From NCBI RefSeq assembly GCF_009914755.1, contig NC_060939.1: a stretch of DNA of 64,000 nucleotides; one strand, 5' to 3'. This stretch comes from the human T2T-CHM13v2.0 reference genome, Homo sapiens. Shown one piece after another: positions 52,907 to 64,000 of the stretch; within the stretch, counting starts at the first letter, position 1; every line of letters starts with the position of its first letter. Under the pieces are notes generated by a model. The model had not been told where the DNA came from. It did no database searches and was given only the letters and a program-made list of their open reading frames with translations. A program made the position numbers and the translations under genes.

Positions 52907-55900
52907 GCAGATAGAGACATGGCTTTCTAGGAGAGAAGAGATAAGGGGCTCATGGGACAGGTTAGGGGAGGTAAAAAGACATCCTGCGATATAGTTGTCA
53001 TTGCTTGTACCCAAGTGGTGGATGACAGAGGAAGGAGGAATAAGGATCTCTGATTGTCCTACCTGTAAATGAATGATATAGGCTGAGTGACAAGAGGTAA
53101 CACTGAAACAAGCTATCTGAGTGATACTATGGTTGTTTCTTACTCTCCTTTGGGCAAAAGGAAGAAGGAATGTTTTCATGACAATGGGGCAGCAAGCCCC
53201 AGACCTGAGCAAAAAGGCAAAATGGCTGTAGCAGGGAATCAGGGAGCCTCCAAAGATGAAATAGATGGTGTCAGCAATAAGGAGAGAGGGCTTTGGGTGG
53301 GTCAAAAGCTTTGGAAGTTTGTTGGTTGATACGGTTACAGCCACCACAACACTCAAAAATTGAAGTAAGTGTGCCGTGTTTACTGGCACAAGGCAGCTCT
53401 CTCCCTCTGCACCCCCTCGCCCCTCCCTTACCCTCTACCCTGGCCTCAGCTACTTCAAGGAAAAAGATGATTGAGAGTGGGGCCAAGGTCTCCCTGTCCC
53501 CAAGAAGGACAGAAGGGCACATGCACCTATCTGAATACACTAGAGAACTTTGGGGGACTCAAACTTGCATGGCTCTGTTGGACACAAGAACCTTGGTCAT
53601 CATCTTACCCTGTCCTGTGAGGCACAGGGGCTACCAAATTCATCTGACAAGGTTTGGGCAGGGCTTGTGACCTTGTGCGGAGGATCCTTTGGGATGATTC
53701 CCTCTACTGCTGTTGTAGTTTCCACCACAGAACGTAAATTTGGATTGATGTTTCCCATGCCTGTACTACTCATGCTCATAAATGCCAGATGATATTATCT
53801 GGATTGGGAAGAGCCAGATATAGAAAAGTGCTAGTACTTGTAGGGCCCCACAATCCTAATATGATGCCTTTGAGCTATAAGTCTCTGTGACTAAGAGTTT
53901 CAACAATTAGAATCTCTGCCAAAGGAAGGCAACCTCCACCTGGAAATGCCTCTTGGGGTTTAGGGAGAAATTAAACTTTTTAAAAAAATGTTAATTTTTA
54001 AAAATAATTTTTATTAATAGATAATAATTGTATGTATTTATGGGATGCATGTGATATTTTGATACATGCATACAATGTGTAATGACCAAATCAGAGCAAT
54101 TAGGATATCCATCACTCAGACATTTGTCATGTCTTTGTATAGGGAACATTCGAAATCTTAGAGCTATTTTGAAATATGCAATAAGTTGTTGGTAACTGTA
54201 GTCACCCTACTCTGCTAGTGAACACTAGAACTTATTCCCTCTAACTGTATGTTTGTACCCATTAATTAACCTCTTTGTCTCACTGCCTGCCCCCACCCTG
54301 CCCCTACCATCCAACCCTTCCCAACCTCTGGTAGCTACGATTCATTCTACTTTCTACCTCCATGAGATCAACTTTTTAAAAACTTTTAATTTTGAGATAA
54401 TTTTAAATTCACCACAGTTACAAGAAACAGTACAGAGAGATCTAGTGTACCCTTTACCTAGTTTTCCTTTTGGTAATAACTTGCAAAACTGTAGCACAAT
54501 AACCACATCATAAACCTCTTTTTCAAAGCAGCTGTTAGCTTGCTAATGGGCTCCTCGTCAAAGTGAATGCTTGACCCATAGAGGCTTCGTGAATCTCTGA
54601 CTTGATAGTCCACTTTGAGTGGGTCAACTCAGACTCAATGACTAACAAGGGAAATAGAATATTCCAAAATGCAGCTAGCTTGGCTTCAGCAACATCTAAG
54701 TTTACAATTTAAAAAGAGGCACCTATCTCTTTGGGGAAACTTTATCTTCCTCTCCACTGACTGAAGCAAAGCTGCTGGCTCAACAGGGCCCTCAATTCAC
54801 AGAGATTTTCCTAAATGCCTGGGCCTTGTTCACATATGGTTCAGTTAAGCTGAAACCCAGTGGTGACCATGGGGCTGTTTAGCCTCAGCATCAGCTACAT
54901 AGAACTGAAGATGGTGTAGTCACTGCTCATGGGCAAAATTCAAGCCTGTTCTCATGGAAAACACTCATCTTGATGAACCTTGCCATATTTTTACTAACTC
55001 TTGGACAGTGCCAATGGCCTAGCTGTTTGGTCTGCCACTTGGAAAACTACAAACTGGCAGATTGAAGACACCTCACACAAACAGTGGGCACAAATCACAG
55101 CTGCTGATTGAACTATCTCGGTCACTTATGTAGATCCCATGGCAAAGGCTCATTCTCTGATGAGACCAGCTGGAAGGGAGCTGCTGATGGAGCCTGTGCT
55201 GCTCATATTTCCACAAGGGCTGCCTGGATCTATCATCGCACTGGAAATGACAGCACAGCCCCCACACAGACCACAAACAGGCCACAGAGCCAAGAACTTG
55301 GTGCTTCTGGTGCAGACTTAGGGCTGCACGCCAGACTGTGACTCCCAGACTTGACCTCTTCATCTTTCAGTGAGGGAAGCCACATTGCATGAAGCGTGGC
55401 CCTGCATGTTCCTGGCAGATTGATGACAGTGGACCTTTCCTCCTGGAGCTATCAGTGGCGCCTCACTGCTGTTGACACTTTTCTAGGCTTTGGTGTTGCT
55501 GTTCCTGTCCAATCAGCTGACTCCAGTCACGAACCTTTCCAGCCTTTGAAATTAATCTGTATTATGTGTTCAGCTTTTGAGACCATTTACAATCAGACAG
55601 TGGTGCCCTTTTTATTGCAAAAGCTACTAAAAAATGGGACTGAGAATTAAGGCATCCAACTTTCCATGCTCCTACCATCCACAGGCATCTGCAATTGCTG
55701 AGCAGTGGACTAACTTCCTCAAAAGTCAACTCAAAAAGATTTTTGACTCCACTACCCTCATCTTCTCCTGGTGTACATACCTTCATAAGTCTGGTCACCA
55801 AATGCAATTGCCTCCTGAAAGAGATCATCCTTTCTCAGCCATTTCCTGGATAATGGTTAGGACAAAAAGGGTGGGAAATATAGAGACCTACTTTGGAAAT

Positions 55901-56050
55901 CCAGGATTCTACCCTGACCATTCCTGGATATGATATGTCTTTCTTCTCCTAACAGCAATCTCAGGCCAGCCCCAAAGTGGCAACACAGCCAAGAGGGGTT
56001 CTGGGGAATTCTAAGTTAATTCTGGCTCAGTTCCTTGGATTGTCTTCCTA
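52907..56050 (+). mobile_element. Class III ERV internal region: gag remnant, protease, tether/RNase H, integrase; RT not seen
   Basis: Protease ALLDTRT (about 53570); tether FSKQLLAC (about 54520); RNase H ALFTYGS and IFTNSW...NGLAVWSATWK; integrase LTAVDTFLGFG, LQSDSG and YHPQASAIAEQW. Confidence 0.85.
53973..54512 (-). mobile_element. L1MA 3' end adjoining an L1MC/MB 3' fragment, inserted in the provirus
   Basis: GATAATAATTGTATGTATTTATGGG...CTCCATGAGATCAACTTTTT; AACTTTTTAAAAA is repeated at both ends of the L1MA part. Confidence 0.8.
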
Positions 56051-56066
56051 GACTGACATGATCAAT

Positions 56067-56501
56067 CAGGTTGGCCTCAATTCACTTGCCAGGGTTGTTA
56101 TGGATGATAGAATTTCCCTAGACTTCCTCTTTGTGTGCCAAGACAGAATCTCTGCAATCACTAATACATTTGCCCATAGCTAGATTAATGTCTTAGGCCA
56201 AATGGAAAGATTAATACAGAAACTTAAGGAGAGAGTAAATTACTTTTGTAAGGTCTATGCCGAAGGTCTCTGGGATTTGTTCAGTTGGTTGGGTCTGGGA
56301 CCCTGGGGGACATGGTTAATGTCAATCCTGCAGGTTGGCCTCTTCCTGATGCTTGGAGTCCTATTGATAGTATCCTTAATTAAATGCTATCTGGGACAAA
56401 TTGACTGGGTTTGGTCCCAGGCTCAGTTGTTCATATTAATCAGAGTGGTGGAAGGAAAGGCATATTCATTGGAAAATTCACCAGAAACCAAGACAGTATA
56501 G
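56067..56501 (+). pseudogene. Gamma-type retroviral env TM subunit remnant
   Basis: One frame reads QVGLNSLARVVMDDRISLDFLF (ISD-like), SAITNTFAHS*IN (decayed CX6CC region), a heptad region, then LWDLFSWLGLGPWGTWLMSILQVGLFLMLGVLLIVSLIKC (membrane anchor). Confidence 0.85.
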
Positions 56502-56518
56502 AAACAAGGGGTAGATTT

Positions 56519-57005
56519 TGTTGGAGACAATTCTCCATGGGTCTCTCATGTTTCTGCATGTCTGTCAGCAGGGGCATTGGCCACCTATTCAAGGATGTGA
56601 AGATAGCGAAGGGCCTTTGAAGAGACAGTGTCTCCATCCAGGGCAAGGGGCAGGTTTTCTGCACTCTAATATAATAAAGATTATATCCTCCTTGGGGCAA
56701 AGCTTGGGCAGATTTGCTTACTGTCCACTATAAAAGATTCTGGTTCTCTAACCTCAGGGCTCCTCAGCTGTGATGAAAGCCACCTAACTATCCAGCAACT
56801 TTCTGGACCCCTCTGCATTGCCCTGATGGCACTTGGAAGACCAGGGGACCAACAGAAGCATGATGTGCATGCCGCGTCTGTGTCATGAGTGACAAACTTC
56901 ATGTCTCAGCCCAGGAATCTGTGATTTCTGCCAGCATCCACAAACTTTGGCAGGTTAATTTGCAATCTTGACAAAAAATTCTCAGATGATCTACAGTTTT
57001 TGACC
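56519..57005 (+). mobile_element. LTR40-type 3' LTR
   Basis: TGTTGGAGACAATTCTCCATGGGTCTCTC follows the purine tract AAGGGGTAGA; homologous to the 5' LTR. Confidence 0.85.
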
Positions 57006-58089
57006 GCAGATTTTAACATTTGCCAATGCAAGAGCCCTAGATTTTCATTTTTTCTTATTTTAAAAACTCTTCTTGTCTGTTCTCATTGGTCTACTCTTTC
57101 AAATGAATTTTAGAATCAAATTCTTCCCCTTCCCAAACTCTTTGGGATTTATACTAGAAACACATTCAATTTCTAAATCAATTTAGTAAGAATTAGTATC
57201 TTTTAATAAAGTTTTATCCCCTGGGAATATGGTATGTCTATCTCTCTGTTTAAATATTATTTTATGTTCCCTAGTGATATTTTGCCATTTTCTTTACACA
57301 GATCCTATACATTTTGTGTTAAATGTATTTATAGCTTGTGTGTTGTTTTTTTTCCTAAGGAAAATTGAATAGTTTTATATTATATTTGTTTAATTAGTTG
57401 GTGCTAGCTTAGGGGGAAAACATTTTGCACATCTATTTTATAGCAACCTCACTAAGGTCGGATAGCTCTCTAGTTGCTTAGATTGGGATTCTAGTTGCTT
57501 AGACTGGCATTATGGTTTTGTCTAGAATGTCTAGAAAATTACTAAATTAATAATAGCAGCCATCCTTATTCCTGATTTTTCATGGTCTTTTACTATTATT
57601 TATAAAATTGGTTATATGTTTGAAATAGGTTTTTTCACGTTAATAAAGCATCTTTTTGTTTTTTAAAATTATTTTAGAAGCTTTTATTCAGAATGAATCT
57701 TGAATTGTATTAAAGGTCTTCCTAGCACCTGTCTAAATCATGTCCGTAACTATAATCCATAGAATACTCTTTTGGCCAACATTAATAGATGTAGGCTTTT
57801 TAAAAAAAAGGATTACGTTGTCAAATAAGTTTAGGAAATGCTGTCTGTGGCCACTTTTAAAACTTACAATGTATATGATCATATTAAAGTTTCAGAGTAA
57901 TGCTTGAGCAAAGAAATATGTTTAACTTCGTTAACCCTCAATTTCCCAAAGTTATTTAAACATGGATTAGTAAGCTATCTCAGATCTTGCCTTTCTCAAA
58001 TGTCTTATTGTACATCCATATATAAATGTCAGCTCAGCACATAATGGAATTATCTTCCTACAAATTATGTTTGTTGCCCTGCCTCATGG

Positions 58090-58455
58090 TGCTATAGGCT
58101 GAATGTGTGTGTCCTCCGCCTCCAAATTCACATGTTGAAGCCCAATCCCCAATGTAATGGCATCTGGGGGAGGGGCTTTGGGAGTTAAATGAGGTCATGA
58201 GGATGGAGCCCTCATGAATGGAATTAGTGCCCTTATAAGAACAGGCATGAGAAAGATGGTATCTCTCTCTGCCATGTGAGCATGCAGCAAGGTGTCCGCC
58301 TGCAAACCAGGAAGAGGGCCTTCACCAGGAACTGAATTGGCCAGCACTTTGATCTTGGACTTCCCAGCCTCCGGAACTGTAATAAGTAAATTTCTATTGT
58401 TTAAGCCACCTGGTCTACGGTATTTTTGTTATAGCAGTCTGAACTAACGAAGACA
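58090..58455 (+). mobile_element. MLT1A-like MaLR solo LTR
   Basis: TGCTATAGGCTGAATGTG...GATCTTGGACTTCCCAGCCTCCGGAACTGT...AGACA; TSD CATGG/TATGG. Confidence 0.9.
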
Positions 58456-59737
58456 TATGGTACTCCATACTGGTGAGAAAGGTTCTTCTCAGCAAGCCTC
58501 ATTCTTTTTCGCTTTTTGAAAACCTATTTTTTTCTTTTTAAAAAAATCCCATGGCAGCATATTAATTTTTTTTTCTACCTGGCAGCAGATCAGATTCTTT
58601 TGCCATGGCTGAAATTCAGGATTTAACCGGGATATGCCTATGTATTAGTCTCTTTTTATTAATGTTGTCTGGAACTTAGAGGGCCCTTTCAATATGATGT
58701 CTTTGAATATTCTGTTGCTCTCACCTGCTGTCTTTCAAAACTGTCAAATATTTCTATATTGCTATCTATTGTCTGTGTTCCCTTGTCATTATTTTCTTTC
58801 TGGTTACTTTTAAGTGTCTTTTCTGCTACCTTTGAGAAATGTTCCTCAAGCTTTCCCTTCACATTATGAATTTAGTTTTCTATAATCTGCTCATTATTCC
58901 ATCTCATTTCATCTTTATAGCAAGGCTTTTATTTTGCATTCTTTCCCTAGCTTTGCCAGCTCTTTTCACATCTCTGTTCCTTGTCATCTTATCACCTCAG
59001 CTTCCCAGCTTGTGTCATAGACTTATGTGATGGTTAAATGGCATGTAGTACCTGGGCTTCAATATCAAAGATCTGGTATGGAGTGGAAGACACTGTGGAA
59101 AATTGGAGGGCACATCCCATCTGAAGTACCAGTCAGACCAGCCAACTGCTGCCACCGGGCCCTGATGTTGCCAGATCTGCTACTTTTCCAAGAGAATCCA
59201 GAAATACGGATTTTAAAATGTAAACTCTATTGACTTTAACACATGATAATATTCCACTTTTTAAGGAAGACTACTTGAGCCATTTCTGTGAGCCAGATGC
59301 AGCCCACAGGCCACCTGTTTGCAAATCCTAATGCTTAGGAATATAAAGCTCTGCAGAACTCTAAGCTGAAGACATCAGGTTTTAGAGAAAACAATATGAA
59401 TTCAGTTTTGGACATGCTCAGTTAGAAATAAAATGGTGAAATCTCCCAGTCAGCAGTTGAAGATATGTGCCCAGAAAATGCCTTTGCCTTGTTCTGAAAA
59501 TCCAACCCCACCCCCTGCCCCGCTGGGGACATCCAAAGCTCACGTCCCTGACATCTCTGATGATTTTGACACTGCTGATATCCCTCCCCTGACAGCAGCA
59601 TGGTCTAGGTTCCAGGCTCTGTGCTCAATGATTTACATGCAATATCTCATTTAAACTCACACACACCAAACTTAGGACTTAACTACCATTACTATTTATG
59701 AAGAGTAAAATAAACAATAAAAGCTATTGGCCTGTTT

Positions 59738-60116
<379 letters not shown>

Positions 60117-62759
60117 TTACACTAAAACACAGCTCAGAAGGCACATAGGTGCACACACACTCACACAATTCTTCAAGGACTAACAGAATGTAAATATCTG
60201 GCGTTGTTTTCATAGCAGCGCATGGTGTAGTCACCATCAAGGAAAGACAGGGAAGGCCCCAAATTGTTGAGAACACGATAACCCTCCACACAGGATGGTG
60301 ATAGGAAATGGGGGTGTGGATCTTATGAACCTGGGTCAGCAGCACTGTGAGACTCCCCAGGAAAGACACTATTGGGGTACCCCGGAGATTGTAATAGAAC
60401 AAAGAAAAGAGCATGTGTCTTCTGGTGTAGAAATGCCAATCTATTCAGACTCTCTTAGAACTCCTGGAAACTGCAGGTTCACTGGGGGTAGTAAACAGGC
60501 AAGTACAGAGCCCCAGTGCCTTCCCTGTTCACTAAGCAGCATCTTGACCAGAAGACAGAAAACAGCTAAGCTTCACCTCCTTTGTGTCCTGTGTGAGTGT
60601 CCTGGCCTAGGAGCAGTCAGTCTGTAGAGCCTTGTTGCTTGGACTCTCTTCTGACCCTTGTACACATCCAGGAATTTGAGGCCTATGATCCAGAAAGAGA
60701 GTCAATAATTATCAGAATAGTACACAGAAGCTCAGAGGGGAAGCTACCTGACGTCACACAGCTCATTCGTAGAGGGCTGGGATTTCAACCCCTCACTGCC
60801 TAACCTCTGCTCCTCCAAATCCCCCAGCTTCCTGAGGCTGCAGCATCCAGATCTCCATGTATCAGTCCTGTCCCATCACCTGACAAGGCAGATCCATTTG
60901 GCATTTTACAGGTACCAGCAGGTGTGGAGGGAAGTCTTATCCCAGAAGTCTCCTGAGTCTGTGCCCTGGTTCCTGCAGTGAGACGAAGCCAGATGGGTTG
61001 GGGATGGGAAGCAATATGTCCTGAATGTCAATACACTGGGAGACTCATAATGAGCCATTGTCAGGTTGCCTCCCAGGAGACTTGAAACTATAAAGAAAAC
61101 AGATCCAAGAGCCCTCTAGGAAAGGAGAATGTTTAAAGGATGCAAGGCCTCCGTTTTTCTCTTTCCCTCCTGTCAAACATCATTTACTAAACTCTGATTT
61201 TTAGCAAAAGCAAGTGTTTTATACCCAAAGTCTCTTTTTTTTTTATTAAATACATCCCTGGTTCTTATATTTACAGCCTGAGATGATTTCGACATGGTAT
61301 TGAAATTGTCAAGGGAAATCAGTAAAGGAGACAATGTTAGAAACAGATTGTCTGAGCTGATGGCTTGAAGAAGTTACTTCAAAGCAAAACAGCAGCAATA
61401 AAGAGGAGATGGGCAGCTGTGTGTGAGGAAGGGGAAGACAGAGGAGGAGGCATGACATTTCCTAGCAGCAGGGTGCAAACACATCACAAGGAGGTGGCAG
61501 ACAGCCCACACTGAAGAATTCTGAGCTTCAGACCAGCAGACATCACCAGACTCCAGACATCAAATGAGATCATTTATGTATAAGCCCTTTGAAGATATAA
61601 AGCATTCAGAAGCTTTAAGGTGTCATAATTGTTGCTACCATTGTTACTTAATCAGTGGTGCTGGGTGTCTGTCTTTGGGAGGACACTTTCAGACCAGAGG
61701 TGGATGACAAATGTCTTTAATACACAGTTGGCCTCTTTTCTCTCTTAGTTGTCATCCCCAGCACATGAGTCAGACTGTGAGACTGAACAAGACCGAAGCT
61801 CTATATTAATGATCACTATCCATCAGGGGTACCCAGTGATTCATAGTTTGCAAAGCATTTTCACTCGCATCATCTACCATCACCCCACAGCAAGGGAGTC
61901 AAGGCTGAGATTGACCAGCCCCAAGGGCAGCCCAGCCAAGACAGCATGAGCTTCAGAGTCCTCTCCCCAAGGGCAACGACAGAATTGTCGGCCTCTCCGC
62001 TTCCACCTCGCCAAAACAAGGACTCTGCTCTCTTGGTTGCTCTGAGATAATCCATCTCTGGAAAGCAGAAGACAAAGCAGTTGAAGAGTGGGCAAGTTCA
62101 TCACATCTTCGTACTTTGGAGGTCCCTTTAGCAATCAAAGAAAATGCGTGCCAGTGCCTTCTTCCTTCCTCCCACAATCTCACACACGGTCATCCTTGCA
62201 TCTTAAAAACACAAAGGCCATTCCCCCTTTCTTGTTTTTATTTGTCTGCCTACCCCACTATACTGTTTGCAGCTTGAGGGGGCTTATTTACTGCAGTTAG
62301 CACAGTATCTTGCCTTAGGAAGTATTTGATAGAAGATACTGAATCAGTGAATGGTTTTTGGCATTGCTAAGTTGTTCCACTGGCCATTGGATTTCAGTAT
62401 CTGGGTCCTTGATGGTTGACCTTTTCCATACTCCTATAGGGGGTACTGTTTTTGTCATTCCCACCTTTTTGGCTGAACCTGATTTTATTCTGGCATTTCC
62501 CACGCCCACACTCTTCTGTGCTTGCGGGTCAACCTCGTACCCCGCTCCAGAGATGGCTCCTGATTAGTCCAAGCTCAGTATTTCTGTTTGCATCAAAATC
62601 ATCTGGCATGCACATTGAAATGCCTATGTCTGGGCCCTGTCCCTAGCAATCAGACTCACTAGGCCCGGGAAACTATATTTTATGAGCTCTGCAAGTAGTT
62701 TATTTATTTGGTCAACTTTAGGGTTCCTGGTCTAGGCTAAGTGATCCGTCAGCCCCTCA

Positions 62760-63146
62760 GCAGATGTCACTGGTTCAGGACAGCACCTAGCCCTTGCTGG
62801 TCTCATTAGACTGAAGGGAAATATGAATGTTCCATAGTCCAGGGAGAGGTTTTCTCTCAAACTCTCCAGCTGGATATGAACAAGGAAGAATCTACATTGT
62901 CCTTAATGCTACTGCCACCACCTTATACTCATGAGGGGAAGCAGCCTGAAGATCAAGCCACCCCCTGAGGTTAGTGGAGAGAAGAGAGAGAACCTGTGTC
63001 CTTGATGACAACAATGGGACACTGAGTCAACCTACCCTGGAGCTTCTCCTAAGTTAACCTTCTCATTGTGTGAAATAACCAATGCCCTTAGTGCATAAGC
63101 CACTGTGAGCCAAGTTTCCTATTACTTGCTAAAATCATCCTGATTA
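62760..63146 (+). mobile_element. Old MLT1 (J/K-type) LTR fragment
   Basis: TGTCCTTGATGACA...CTGAGTCAACC...TAAGCCACTGTGAGCC...TTCCTATTACTTGC. Confidence 0.55.
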
Positions 63147-63311
63147 ATCCAGCTCCTGGCAAGCAGCGGCTGTAGCACATCTAGATGTCCACCTAAGCAG
63201 GCAAAATCCAAATAGCAATCAAAATAGTTAATACTCACTGAGTGTTTGCCATGCCAGGCACTGTGCTGAGTGGCTTGTGTTGATTGTTCCATTATTCTTC
63301 ATAGCCATCCT

Positions 63312-63772
63312 TGTTAGGACAAACTGCACCACTTTGTAAGCTCCCCACTATTTCACAGACCTTGGTCAAAGTGAAACATTTCATGGGGGTTCAGGCCATG
63401 AGAAACATCCTGCCCAACCACCTGACCACAAGGCGGACAAAGGCCCAACTAAAAAAACTTTTCTATCATATCTTGCTGGACAAAGGTCCAAGGAACACAA
63501 CGATGACATCCTGCCAGAACAAGGGCCAGAACCACCTCATCACGGGAGCATCTTATCAATATCCTGCCAGGCAGCAAGCCATACTGCCAAGATGCCTCCC
63601 GCCCATACCTATAAGTACCCCCAGCCTGTAAGCAGTGGTGGGCTCTGGCGTTAGGCTGGTCCCCCACTTCGGTAGGTTTTATGCTGGACATAAAGCCTGC
63701 ATTATCTGTTGAGTTGCCCTCTTTCTGTGTGTGTGTCTTTCTTCAACCCTCGCCTTCCCTTCAAAACCTAAC
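63312..63772 (+). mobile_element. LTR32-like (ERVL) solo LTR inserted in a MIR
   Basis: TGTTAGGACAAACTGCACC...CCTATAAGTACCCC...CCCTTCAAAACCTAAC, with antisense MIR pieces on both sides (63225-63311, 63773-63895). Confidence 0.75.
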
Positions 63773-64000
63773 TGAGGAAACTGAGGAAGGGAGCTTTTAA
63801 ATAACACCCCAACCCCCACCCCTGCAAAGCAAGTAGCAAAGCCAGGATTTGGATCCAAGAGATCTGACTTCAGTGCTTAGCCTATTAACCACTGATCCAA
63901 ACTGAGTTGCCGCCTGTTGAAGCCCACTTGTGTTCAAATCATTACTTTTCCAAGAACGGCAGGACTAAATTTCATCCATAGGATTTTACTGTCCAGGAAA

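Overview
This is primate, most likely human, non-coding genomic DNA. It is repeat-rich and CpG-poor, with no CpG island. I recognised no protein-coding exon or functional RNA gene; the ORFs that resemble known proteins come from Alu, L1 or ERV remnants or from the minisatellite. Repeat family names are assigned from remembered consensus sequences, not from a search, and boundaries of old elements are approximate. The main structures are: (1) a perfect 9 x 37-bp minisatellite at 272-607; (2) a nested stack of old L1 > Charlie5 > L1MB + AluJ at about 5.4-12.9 kb; (3) two very young AluY copies in inverted orientation at 24.9 and 44.6 kb; (4) an ERVL provirus remnant whose gag-pro-RT block is inverted relative to its IN-dUTPase-LTR block at 35-39 kb; (5) a long 5'-truncated L1PA at 42.8-48.2 kb that holds a 536-bp unrecognised, poly(A)-tailed, TSD-flanked retro-insertion; and (6) a two-LTR LTR40-type class III provirus at 52.4-57.0 kb that combines ERVL-type pol, a tRNA-Ser-like PBS and a gamma-type env TM remnant. 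I see no evidence of an intact new gene system. The best leads are items 6, 5, 1 and 4.
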